Assembly (NCBI RefSeq): GCF_025526975.1
Contig: NW_026515670.1
Location: 930,001-994,000 of the forward strand
Reading direction: 5' to 3'
DNA from: Fimicolochytrium jonesii
Taxonomy: Eukaryota
Length of the DNA stretch: 64,000 bases
In this document: piece after piece, positions 52,366 through 63,277 of the stretch
Position numbering within the stretch: position 1 is the first letter of the stretch
Layout: each line of letters opens with the position of its first letter
Translations under genes and position numbers: made by a program
The notes under the pieces: generated by a model
The model's input: only the letters and a program-made list of their open reading frames with translations
Databases searched by the model: none
What the model was told of the DNA's origin: nothing

Positions 52366-54026
52366 ATTGTAAGTATGGAAGCTGTGCACAGCTTTCTCCA
52401 AACGTCCTGCTTTCGCTATATAAATTGAGACTCAAAAAGTCTGCAGCTTTGTGCGTCAAAGGGCGATATGGTGGGAAAGCCCTGTCTTTTCGGGTGCCTT
52501 TGAAATCCGAGTCGGAGAAGGAAAATGAAATGACCGACTCTCGTATCTGCCGTCAGTCGCGCTGTCAAAATCAGGTAAGCCTCCCGCCTGTGAACTCGAT
52601 GCTACTAAGGCGACCGGAACTACTGCGAATTTGCCCACTTGGACTTGAAGCTCAAGAACGGATTCATAGGTACGCTTGAAATTGAAGAAAATGAATTGTA
52701 AGGGTGCAGTTTATTCATGGGCTGCGGAGGAGTGCCTCTCCGCTGCCAGCCTTCCTGTGCATACTTTGTCAACCCTCATACCAGTCGAGCTGTTGTATGC
52801 CTAGGGGTGATCATCTTTACATGTTACTCCGATGTCTCCTGCAGTAACAATATATCATCTTCTAATACATCCGAATGAACGAGGAAACGCACTGGGGCAT
52901 ATCAGACTGCGTGCAAAAGCACTGCCCTGCACATGCGATGACTGTTCAGGAGAAGCTTCGATCTCGAAATAGCACAGGCGCAAATTGGCTTCATCATCAC
53001 GATTTCGCTTGACAATGGTGTTGCGCTGTGCTCGAAAAGGACGATAGGATGGATAGCACGGAACGACACTTTGACCTATGTTCGATCCCCTAGAATCGGT
53101 TGCTCCGCATGCAACGCTCGTCAGTTTGCCGTTCTGTCCATGTCAGTGCTCCCCACACTCGCCATGAGGGTCTAACAGCTGACAACAGATACAGCGGCTC
53201 CCACGTTCTGGAGTCAATGCGTCTGCTGCACCCTAAATCCAGAAGCATGAAGTTCTAGAATCAACATAACGTCAACTCTCGGGCGACGAACGGGAGGTTT
53301 GTATTCCTTGCAAAGAAATTGCGCTATCCTTCGACTACTTCGCAGACCCTATGCTCGATCCTGGGATTCAGCCCTTATCAATGGCTATCCTCTCCTGCGC
53401 AATCAGTTGATGGTTCCAGCTCCACGGAAACCACCTTCAACATATTCCTGTGAGGCGGCTTCTGTATGTTCACATGTGATTCTTCGACTTCTCAATGCAC
53501 TAATTCGCCCCATAGGTCTGCTTCTCAGTGATAACGGCATTGCGGCATTTTCATTGCAGAAGGGCCATGTAACATGACCTCGGAGGTTAATGTCGGCAAG
53601 CTTAGTTTGCGGAAAGTTTTAACTATTTTTGGGTAACCACGGTGGAATGCATTTCTTGGCAGCGAAATATGCATGAACAATAACTTTTGAGCGGGGGCTT
53701 TCTATTTAGTTTGGGGCCCCGAGTTGGGGAAGAAGAAACTGTCGATCCAGAGAACGAACTGCGCCCAAAGCTGCGCGTGCCGTCAATCCGGGAGAGACTT
53801 CCCGTTCCCATTAACTCAACTTTTCCCATCGCTCTCCAATCTACTTACGAGCTAGGACAAGCACCTGCCTCCTTTCCCGTCTGCTACTCCAACACACAGT
53901 GCGACACTAGTTACCTCCCATATCACGCGCAAGAACGTAGCGAATCCAACCACCATCTTTTGCTTGCAGCACATTCATTCTGAGTGGTCGGTGGGCTGGA
54001 TTGCAACCCCTGTCAGAACACTCACC

Positions 54027-55868
54027 ATGCAGTGGCGTTCCCTCGCGAGCCGAGCTCGCATTCGTCCGCAGAAGTCTTCATTCCCTGCCTTCAGGGCATT
54101 TGCATCTTCCGCACCTGGCCCCACCAATGAGAATGAACGACCTTCGTTTGTCAAGAGGAACGCCGCCCGGCTTGCTGGGTTGGCCGGCTGCGGTGCGGCG
54201 ACGTACTACGTAACCCGGCCGGCCAGTACCACGAGCAGCGGGGCTGCCAAACAAGCGGAGAAGAAGGTAGAGGCTGTAACCCCCCAGTCAGACTATAGCA
54301 CGCAAGACATCGACGATTTCTTACGCCGAAACGAACGCCTCGTTGGCGTCGACATGGCGGCAATACTGGAAGCAGAAAAGGACTACGAGGCTCGTCGGAA
54401 GACCTGGAAATATCGGTGGTTCGGTGTCGAAGCCAAAACGACAACGAAGGATGCGGGGCCGGTTGTAGGCGAAAAAACACAAAAAAACCCGCGGGCGTCT
54501 TCTCTTCCGGAGGATGGGCCCCCACCCACGCCCATCGTTCAATATCATATCAACCAGGTCCCCAGCAATGACCCGATCGAAGACAGACACAGCGAGCATC
54601 GCCTCAAGAACGGCGTGATAATGGCCGTTTTTGACGGGCATTCTGGTACCGAGTGCGCAGACCTTCTTCAAACGTATCTCGCGCCGTATATTAGCAAAGC
54701 ACTGTCGGAGATGTCGGAACCCCCACCGGCCCGAAAGTCAGAGCCCCTTTCGAACATAGAGCAATGGCCGCCGGCGACTCAAGCGCGGAAAGCGCAAGTT
54801 GTGCAAGCCCTCAAGCTTGCGTTCAGGCGCCTTGACGCCGACATATGCAATGCTGCTATAGACCCTATCCCGAACCCGCTCCCCAACGACACCTGGAAAA
54901 ATGCTTTGCGGCCGGCCCTCGCTGGCGCTTGCGCCATTGTCGCATACATCGAGGGGAACGACTTGTACGTTGCTTGCACTGGTGACTCCCGCGCCGTCTT
55001 GGGCCGTCACCGCGGGGACGGAACCTTCCAAGCCCTGGAGCTCAGCGCCGACCAGACGACCACCAACCCAAGCGAGTATGCGCGGCTCTTGGAAGAGCAC
55101 CCGGGGGAAGGGGAGACGGTCGTCATCCGGGGCCGAATTCTTGGGGGACTAATGCCGACTCGGGCATTTGGAGACGCAATCTATAAGTGGGCATCGGATA
55201 CCAAACAAACACTCGGGGTGATCTCGAAAGGACGAGATGCCTTGTTCAAGTCACCTCCTTACGTCACAGCCGACCCAGAAGTTACTTACTATCACCTCAA
55301 CTGCGACCGGGACAAATGCCTGATCCTGGCAACGGATGGAATCTGGGACATGTTGTCCAGCGATCAGGCAGTAGATCTGGTCGGCGGCTGGATGACAAGC
55401 CGCCATATGGTCTCGGACGCCGACGGAAAGTTTCCCACTCGCCTAGGAGCGTCATTACGGGACCGAAACCACCGTAAGGGCGGAAACTGGTCGTTTGACG
55501 ACCCAAACGCGGCGACACACCTGATCCGCAATGCTCTCGGCCGCGGCGATCGATCGCTCGTTGCGAAGCTTATTCGTATCCCGCCGCCGTACGCTCGTCG
55601 CGCTAGAGACGACATGACAGCGAACGTAATCTTCTTCTCCGACGGGAAGAACAACGGTACCTTCCACCCGGCAGTCTCGATGGACACTAATGGCAGCAAT
55701 ACAACCCTGAACAATAGCGACCTGCCCACGGACAAGCAGGGCCAAGCGGTCGATCCATTTACGCCGGTCGACTTGTCGCTTGCGGCGCCCAAGAAGGGCC
55801 GGCTTTCTGACTGGATTCAGGAGCTGAAGGGGATTCAAGAAAAGTTGCGGAGGGAGGGGCGGGAGTAG
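54027..55868 (+). CDS. PP2C-family phosphatase, pyruvate dehydrogenase phosphatase/Ptc5-like, mitochondrial, intronless
   Basis: Arg-rich presequence MQWRSLASRARIRP; SNDPIED, VFDGHSG, TGDSRAVLG, GGLMPTRAFGD, LATDGIWD, NAATHLIRNALG, RDDMT. Confidence 0.92.
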   Translation: MQWRSLASRARIRPQKSSFPAFRAFASSAPGPTNENERPSFVKRNAARLAGLAGCGAATYYVTRPASTTSSGAAKQAEKKVEAVTPQSDYSTQDIDDFLRRNERLVGVDMAAILEAEKDYEARRKTWKYRWFGVEAKTTTKDAGPVVGEKTQKNPRASSLPEDGPPPTPIVQYHINQVPSNDPIEDRHSEHRLKNGVIMAVFDGHSGTECADLLQTYLAPYISKALSEMSEPPPARKSEPLSNIEQWPPATQARKAQVVQALKLAFRRLDADICNAAIDPIPNPLPNDTWKNALRPALAGACAIVAYIEGNDLYVACTGDSRAVLGRHRGDGTFQALELSADQTTTNPSEYARLLEEHPGEGETVVIRGRILGGLMPTRAFGDAIYKWASDTKQTLGVISKGRDALFKSPPYVTADPEVTYYHLNCDRDKCLILATDGIWDMLSSDQAVDLVGGWMTSRHMVSDADGKFPTRLGASLRDRNHRKGGNWSFDDPNAATHLIRNALGRGDRSLVAKLIRIPPPYARRARDDMTANVIFFSDGKNNGTFHPAVSMDTNGSNTTLNNSDLPTDKQGQAVDPFTPVDLSLAAPKKGRLSDWIQELKGIQEKLRREGRE

Positions 55869-55955
55869 GGGGGGGGCGGTGGTTGGAGAGCAGGGACGGG
55901 AGTAGAGCGGGTCGGAAAAGAGTAGGGAAGGGAGTAGAGCGGGAGTAGAGCGGGC
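55861..55955. repeat. G-rich GGGAGTAGAGC repeats at and after the phosphatase stop codon
   Basis: Copies at 55898, 55930 and 55941, plus GGGAGTAG followed by a G run at 55861. Confidence 0.8.
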
Positions 55956-56397
55956 GAGAGTGAATAGGGACACACGAACGATGATGGTGGGTGCGGAAAT
56001 ATTTTTTGGAGAAGGCCTTTCTATGCAGCATCGACAGAACTGTAGCCCCATCAGTCGTAAGGTATCTATAGCTTAGCTCCCCGGGAATAGCTTTTGATAA
56101 ATCTTCGTGCGGTAGCGAGTAGGGTGACTTTGGCGTTCAGTCGCACCCCTTTCTTCCTTCGTGGAATACAATGAACGTCGCATACCAACGTCTCCGTCGA
56201 GACCTTTTCGTCTCGTCCCATTTGTGGTGGACCCGTCGCGAGCCACCCGGGGTTTGAAGCAGGGGAACCGTTTCCTCGTCGCTAAAACCTAACCCTAGCC
56301 CAATCACAGGCGCATGATCGAATGAGCCCAAACGCCTCATTAGCGTCGCAGAGCCTATCTGCAACTCACGGCAACAAAAAAACAAAAGAAGATGTTA

Positions 56398-56471
56398 TGG
56401 TTTCTACCAGGTTCGAACTGGTGACCTTCTGTGTGTTAGACAGATGTGATAACCAACTACACCAAGAAACC
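56398..56471 (-). tRNA. tRNA-Val (AAC), copy 1
   Basis: GGTTTCT/AGAAACC acceptor stem, TCTGT-CTAACAC-ACAGA anticodon arm, GTTCGAAC T loop, downstream T-runs. Confidence 0.96.
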
Positions 56472-56533
56472 TTAGATATCTGGACGTTCAAATGTATCAA
56501 TCTATTGCAAACACGCTGTTGTAGACCGCGAGG

Positions 56534-56546
56534 GAACTTTCCAGAA
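56534..56546. promoter_or_regulatory. Heat shock element, perfect 3-unit nGAAnnTTCnnGAAn
   Basis: GAActTTCcaGAA, about 550 bp upstream of the BAG gene ATG; a gapped GAAcctgcgaGAA lies near 56705. Confidence 0.6.
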
Positions 56547-56849
56547 AGATCCAGACACGTCTTGCGGTCAATCGACTGATTTGTCACCAAGTGGTCGGGA
56601 TGTCCGAATCTCACACCTCCCTCCCCGCTCCCCCCGACGCCAGAAGAAGTCGCAATAGACGCGGCCGCCATACTACAGTACATATACAGTAATAGACGCG
56701 CAGAGAACCTGCGAGAAGTTGTTCGGGAGTCGTGGACGATTCTGACCGACCGCCCCTCATTTCACATCGCACATTACATATTCATTTTTGCATACCCGTA
56801 CCATAGGATACAGCAGTTACGTAGCTGATCACACTCCCTTCTCCGACTG

Positions 56850-56857
56850 TATAAAAG
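56850..56857 (+). promoter_or_regulatory. TATA box of the BAG-domain gene
   Basis: TATAAAAG about 240 bp upstream of ATG 57089. Confidence 0.6.
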
Positions 56858-57088
56858 ACATCCCATTCCTGTCCAGTCCCCATCCACTTTTTTTCTTATC
56901 CATACACACAATACATACATCCATCTACACTCTCGCTTAGCTCGATCTTTATCTCTTCGATACCTACTGTAGCCAGTGGTATACCGCTTCCGGCGATTAT
57001 CATCACATCGCAGATCAATATCGAATTCGTCGTCAGAACAAGAGACCAACAGAGAAACTTCTCTTCTTTCAAACCAACTTGCACAGAA

Positions 57089-59248
57089 ATGTTCGCATTC
57101 TGTCCAAGCTTCCCGTCGGCTTCGCCCTACCACCACCGCTCGTTCGCCCCGGCCCCTAGCTCCTACTATGGTCGCCCAGCTCACAACCCATCCTGCTACC
57201 ACCACTCGCGCCGTTCTCCAATGCCTGCCGCCGATACCCTCTACTTCCACAAGCCGACCGCCCTCGATTCCATCTACGACTACGCCGCCCCCGCCCCTTC
57301 CTCCGATGACGAGGATGACTATTACCCCCGCAACATCACCCACTCCCGCGCCGCACTATCCCGCGAATATGAGCGTCAAATGCAAGAAGAAGCAGCCGCG
57401 CGTCGTCGCCGTCTCCTGATTGAGCAGGAACTCGCCCGCGAACAACAACTTCAACAGCTTCAGCAGCAACAACGTCTGCAGTATCGCCGCGCTGCCGCCG
57501 AGGAAGAACGTCGCCGTCGCGAGCGCGAATGGGACGCTGAGATGTACCGTCGCCAACGCGAAGCTGACCGCGAGCGCGACATCGTCAGCGCCATGCTCGA
57601 GCGCAGGCGTAGGGAGGAGGAAGAGGAAGAACTATTACGCGAGACGCAGCGCAGGGAGTACCTGATGAAGCGCCAGAGGGAAATGGAGATGCAGAGGGAG
57701 CGCGCCAGGCAGTTGGCCATTCAGCAGCGTGAGTTGGAGGAGGAGGAGGAACAACAGGAGAAGGCGAGGAGATGGGCCAAGGAGATGGAAAAGAGGGAAA
57801 GGATGCAAGAAGAACGCAGTGCAAAGGAGCTTGTGAGGCAGCTCTTGAGGGCCCAGTTCGGCGGCCGCCAGGAGCTTGAGGAACAGCAGAAGAGTGATGC
57901 GAACATGAAACCTTCGACCGCCGCCCCTACTCAAAACACCGCTCCTACGCAACAACAATCCAAGTCGAATAGGATCGAGATCCCCATCTCCTTCTTCTCC
58001 GGCTCTTCCTCCGTTCCCTCTTCGACATCCGCATCCGCATCCGCACCCAAGAAGCAAGAGCAGCCCGCTACCACCGCCACTCCTTCGGCCTCAACCACCA
58101 CCCCACCCCACTCACCCCGCAGCAACCCAACCCCACCCTCCGCCCCAACAACCACCCCCGAGCGCCTCACTGCCATCTCTCAAATCTCCACCGATCTCGC
58201 CAACCTCTCTACCTCACTCCTCCCCGCCGCCCGCACCCACACTATCACCCTCGACCCGACCACCGGCGTTTTCCACCCGCAACACAACAAGCCCGTCGTG
58301 GCGTACGAGGAAGCGCTCTTGAAGCTACTCGTGCGTGCTGATGCGGTGCAGAGCGAGGGCGTTGTGGAGGTCAGGGAGGCTAGGAAGGGGGTTGTGGAAC
58401 GTGTGAATGCGTGTTTGGAGGAGGTGGATGGGTGGAAGAAGAAGGCGAGGAGGGAGTGGGAGAGCAAGAATGGAACTGAAAAGGAGAAGGATGTAACGCA
58501 GGATATGGACGTTGATGTGCCTCAGGAGGCCGCTGAGGAGAAGGATACGGATGCTATGGAGATCTCTTCCGAGGCTGCGGCTGTCGTGACATCGGTTAAC
58601 GAAGCCAATTCGGAGCCCACAGAACCTATCTCTTCGTCGTCGTCGTCGCAGCCATCTCCGCAATCGACCGACGCTATCGTCACCGATGTTTATCCCGCAA
58701 CTACGGGCAACGAAACCGAAGAACAGAGACAAGACGCCACCCCGCAACTCGCCGCAATCGCCGAAGACATTCTCATCACCGCAGAAACCACAACCGGAAC
58801 ACCCGTCGACCTCCCTCTCGCGCTCACCCTCCCACCTACCCTCTCTTCCTCCACCGACGAGCCGAGCACTGCATCGGTCCCGACCGAAGAGGAGTCGGTG
58901 ACACTCATCAACGAGCACGAGACAAATGTAGGCGACGTGACCGAATCGACGGCGCCTGAGCACCATGAGGATGCTGCGGAGACCCTAGATTCGGCTGATA
59001 CTGCGAAAAGCAATGATGCGGTTGACGTATCAATACCGTCGACTTCCACCGAAACACCCGAAGCGGCAGACCCAACCACATCAACAACACAACAAGAAGA
59101 ACAGCCAACCTACGCGGCCGTCGCCGCCACAAGTCCCGCCGCGAGCACCAAGTCAACCACCGGTAGTAACAACACCCACGACGACCTCGCCGGCTTTGTA
59201 CTTGTTGGCGATGAGGTGCCGAGGGCTGTGGCGCCTTTGCCCGCGTGA
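57089..59248 (+). CDS. BAG-domain Hsp70 co-chaperone, 719 aa, intronless
   Basis: HNKPVVAYEEALLKLLVRADAVQSEGVVEVREARKGVVERVNACLEEVD matches BAG helices 2-3; N-terminal Y/P/H-rich and E/R-rich helical region; acidic disordered tail. Confidence 0.85.
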   Translation: MFAFCPSFPSASPYHHRSFAPAPSSYYGRPAHNPSCYHHSRRSPMPAADTLYFHKPTALDSIYDYAAPAPSSDDEDDYYPRNITHSRAALSREYERQMQEEAAARRRRLLIEQELAREQQLQQLQQQQRLQYRRAAAEEERRRREREWDAEMYRRQREADRERDIVSAMLERRRREEEEEELLRETQRREYLMKRQREMEMQRERARQLAIQQRELEEEEEQQEKARRWAKEMEKRERMQEERSAKELVRQLLRAQFGGRQELEEQQKSDANMKPSTAAPTQNTAPTQQQSKSNRIEIPISFFSGSSSVPSSTSASASAPKKQEQPATTATPSASTTTPPHSPRSNPTPPSAPTTTPERLTAISQISTDLANLSTSLLPAARTHTITLDPTTGVFHPQHNKPVVAYEEALLKLLVRADAVQSEGVVEVREARKGVVERVNACLEEVDGWKKKARREWESKNGTEKEKDVTQDMDVDVPQEAAEEKDTDAMEISSEAAAVVTSVNEANSEPTEPISSSSSSQPSPQSTDAIVTDVYPATTGNETEEQRQDATPQLAAIAEDILITAETTTGTPVDLPLALTLPPTLSSSTDEPSTASVPTEEESVTLINEHETNVGDVTESTAPEHHEDAAETLDSADTAKSNDAVDVSIPSTSTETPEAADPTTSTTQQEEQPTYAAVAATSPAASTKSTTGSNNTHDDLAGFVLVGDEVPRAVAPLPA

Positions 59249-59640
59249 TACGAGTTGTGTGGGAGGGGGCATATATAGGATGAGCACGAGTATTTTAGTA
59301 GTTGACCCTTAGTATTTTTTGACCCTATTGGGTGGCATTGTACATATAATGATTCTGACAGAAAATAAATGACTTGATTGGAATGAATTCTGTTGTTTTG
59401 AGTTCTGTGAATGTTTGAGCACTTGGATGCCGTGTGCGGACTCGCAAGCAATAATGCGTGCCTACGCAATGAACATGCACCCACCACGGAAGGCGGCGGT
59501 CAGCCAACTTCGTGATATTCGGATGTTACATATATATTTGCTTCTCCAGTTCCACATCCATTACATCTTTCACACTGGGATCTCTCCTTCCTTCGCACGT
59601 TTTCTAGCCAAGACACAGTCCGTTGAAACATTGCAGGTTA

Positions 59641-62600
59641 TCACAACGCGGCGAGCAGGGAAGTGTAGTCAACGTGGCGTGGAGTAGGCTCGTATTGTCG
59701 GGCGAGGGTTATGAGTTCCTGCGTTGTGTTTGTAAGTATCAGACGGCGGACTCTATAAGGACGGGGTCGCAACTTCACAACACTCACATGATCCGTCAAC
59801 TGCGCCGGCGCACCACCACCTGAGATCTGACCCCCAGCCCCCGCAACCCCAACAACCCTCCGCCACGCCTCCACAAACGCCCCGCGCTCAACCACCGGGC
59901 CCGTCGCGACCGCAACCGTCGCTTCAGCACCAGCACCGGCACTCCCGCCGCCCCTCCCCGCACCGTCTCCACGCCTCGCGACGACGTTCACACTGACGGC
60001 GTCTTTGGTGCAGATCTCGGCCAACTGCGATCTCTGTTCGGGGGTGATGCTGAGTGCGCGCGCTTTTTGGGATGCGAGGGAGATGTTGGAGGAGGGGAAG
60101 GCGGTTGGATTGGATTCCATGTAGTTGTATACGTATCTAGATGGGGTGATGGATAAAGAGAGTGGTGAGATGTGTCGGCTTCTTTGACAATGTGTGCGCA
60201 ATGCAACTAGTCAAACTCACTCATCAGCATCCAACAAAACGAACTGGTGCGCGAACACCGTGACAGTCGCGCCGACATGCAGGTCCGTGGCGTCGTAGTA
60301 GCGCGGACCGCCCGGGTCAGTGAGCGATGATCCGGGCAGGAGGACGCGGGTACGCTCCATGAATTTGCCGCCGATTACGCCGGCGTTGCTGTGAGTGCGT
60401 GGAGAGAAAGCAAAGAGACCGCATTGAGAAGAAAGGGCGGGAAGAGGAAACGTGCGGTGGGTGTGAAACATACCGTTGCGGTGGCTCGTAGATGGTCATC
60501 ATGTCGTCGGCGAGACGGTAGCTGATGACGAAGCGGCGGTCTTGGTCCTCGCGGTGCTTCGAGTTCTGTAGAGACAATGAGAGTTAGTTTTGGTTCATTG
60601 CGTGGATGAATATCTTTTGCTCATCCACGATATGTGCAAAACGGATAAGAGTATGTAGTTGAGGCTTCCTTCTTGACGTTGGTGTTGGTCTTGATCACCT
60701 CCCGTCCTCGCTGTCCCGTTCACCCACAAGTATTCGCAGCCCACATCATCTCACAATCCGCCGCCAGCATTCCATCCCACCAATCACAACCGCAAACAGC
60801 AACACACCCAGATATCCCCCCACTCACCAAACGCGCAACAAAGCGCAAGACCTTATGCTCGTTCTCCAGCATCTTGATGAAATCCTTCTTGGGCGGCTTC
60901 AGCACCAGGTACTTCACCGAACCCAATGAGTCCTCGACGGAGCCGAACCCGTTGTACGGGGGTACTTCCTAATGCAGAGAAGGTAATGAAAAACAATACC
61001 TCATGATGCGAGCGGGGTCCACGGCTTCATGTGTAAAAATGTAAAGTGCATCACACGGAGGGGATTGCGTACCTCGGAAGCTTTTGAGTCGGATGCTTGC
61101 GCCTGTGGGGCGATGTTCAAAGGTTGCAGCTCTTCCGATGGGAGGTGGAGTTTATCAGTATAGAACCGGCGGGTGTATTCATCGCAGTCGCGGCTGCGAG
61201 GGGGGGGGGGGGGAACGGGAAATGGATCAGAACACGTTTACGAGATTCATTTGGCTCGCAATCCATCGAATACGGCTCCTTCAAACATACATCAAAAATG
61301 GCCTGCCCAAGATGTCAACGGCACCGCCGACACGGAAATCCTTCCATGTGTATTTCGGTCCTTCGTTTGGATCTGTCGCGGCTGATGCGTGGAAAATTTG
61401 GAGAGTGAACAATTAGTTCAGAACCGAAGCCGATTGCCAATAATGAATGGGATCTCATCCCCGTCCTCGCGGCTCCACTTACATCCATTCGGTTTGGGTA
61501 GTTGCTGGCGACGCAGGAGGATGGGGAAGGGGTCGCGCCCATTGTTGGGCTTTTGCACCTCCCGGACTTCGACGCTGTCGTCCACAAGGTAGTAGTGCAT
61601 TATCTGTTCGCGAGAGAGAGACGCGAATGGTGTGTTAGTTTGCATCGACTCCTTCTTTTCGGATCGTCCCACCAACCAGCCTCCCCCCGGTCTCGACCAT
61701 TTACACCCAATGGCAGAGGCGGCGAAAATCTAATCAGCTTCATCCACTTACAAATTCCCTCAGCTCGCCAAACATGCTCCCCCTATCATCCCATACGCAG
61801 AAGAAGCGCAACACTTTGCGGTCGTTTTCCAGAAACCGCTTCAGCTTGTCGGGGCCTTTAGAGCCCGCGACGTACGTGCGCGTGGGCCGGGATCGCAGCT
61901 CCTCGTGCGGGTCGTGGGGCATCGGTTCGGGATTGTTGAGGTAGATGTGTTCGGTGTTTTGCATGTATTCCTGTCGATGGAAAGAGAGTACGTGAGAGAT
62001 GGGAATGAAGAATACTACATGTTCTTTCATGCCATCCCGCCATCCCCGCATGGACGGTCCATCATTTGGCGCATCGAGTTGCACCGAAATCTCCGTACTC
62101 ACCCTCGTGAATGCATCACATCCAATTATACGGAAAGTCTTCCCATAGAACGTGACGTTGATGCCCAAGTTGAAATCGCGCACGCTAAAGTACTCAGTCG
62201 AGCTCCTGGGCAGTCTCTGTCGCTTGATCAGCACGCCCTGGGGAATGCCACTGTTCTCTACCGGCGGCTCCACGACCGCGATAGAGTCGTCTTCGACGTA
62301 GTAGAGAATGCGCACCCGGCGGAGATGGTATTTTTCCACGGATTCGTGCACGGTCTGCTTGAAGTATGCGTCGAAGCGGAGGACCTGGGCATACACGAGA
62401 CTGATGTCAGTGCCCTTCGCCCGCTGTCTGCTTGTCAGGCCTCAACGCACATACCACTTTGTCAAACACCACATGGGCAGGCACAAACTTGCCCTCTCCA
62501 GCCTCTGCTCCGCCCCGCCTGCGCTCCCTCTCCAGATCCAAGTGGCCATCGTATGTGATGCGGGGGTCAGACCCTACGGACTTCAGTAGCTGGTGTGGCG

Positions 62601-62827
62601 ACTTGAGGTCTGGCGGAAGCTCGATATGCTTGATGGCGTACCCATTCTTGTAGTCGAGGGTATGCGGGACGCGGAAGTCGTTTTTCTGGAGGTCATTTGA
62701 ATGTTAGAGGCTGCGAGAATGCTGGGCAGAAACTTCGGAGGACAGTACTTACTGTGACATCCCGAATCGTGTTGCCTGGTAGGAACGGGATGTGTGACAC
62801 CTGCGTCGGGGATCTGAGCTCGTGCAT
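59641..62827 (-). CDS. EFHC1: EFHC1/Rib72 ciliary microtubule inner protein with three DM10 domains, multi-exon
   Basis: N-terminal [13 protein letters not shown]10 repeats [10 protein letters not shown]...[19 protein letters not shown]...[19 protein letters not shown]...[13 protein letters not shown]-terminal [13 protein letters not shown]. Confidence 0.9.
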
Positions 62828-63203
62828 GGTGAAAAATGGGCCGCCTTGAAGCTGTAGTGTAGTTGGCGTATCCTAAAATGAACTGATGTTCACCCACGAG
62901 CGTTTTCTTGCTGGGCTGTAATGCCACAGGTTTCACAGGTCGGTCCCGCGAAGTGGAGCCGCGCTGCTTGGAGGTACAAGCTATGCTTACGGCACAGCGA
63001 GACAAGCGAGACGTGGCCGAGGTTTCAAAGCTTAGGCTGATGGTCCCTCAGCGGTCCTTTGCCTTTGGAGCAGGAAACGGTACATTCGCGAATTGACGGC
63101 ATCCGTCGTTGTCTCAGCAAAAACTCCGATCGAGAGGTCACTGTCACATGCAAGTTGCTTGTATTTTGGTCTAGTAGATCAATTTTGCTGTCCAGATATC
63201 TAA

Positions 63204-63277
63204 GGTTTCTTGGTGTAGTTGGTTATCACATCTGTCTAACACACAGAAGGTCACCAGTTCGAACCTGGTAGAAACCA
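63204..63277 (+). tRNA. tRNA-Val (AAC), copy 2, identical to copy 1
   Basis: ggtttcttggtgtagttggttatcacatctgtctaacacacagaaggtcaccagttcgaacctggtagaaacca followed by a T-run. Confidence 0.96.

Noticed and set aside
12670..59787. Apparent excess of in-frame stop-free introns (12670-12738, about 34109-34174, 36760-36831, 59719-59787)
   Set aside because: With dozens of ~70-nt introns in GC-rich DNA, a handful of 3n stop-free cases is expected by chance
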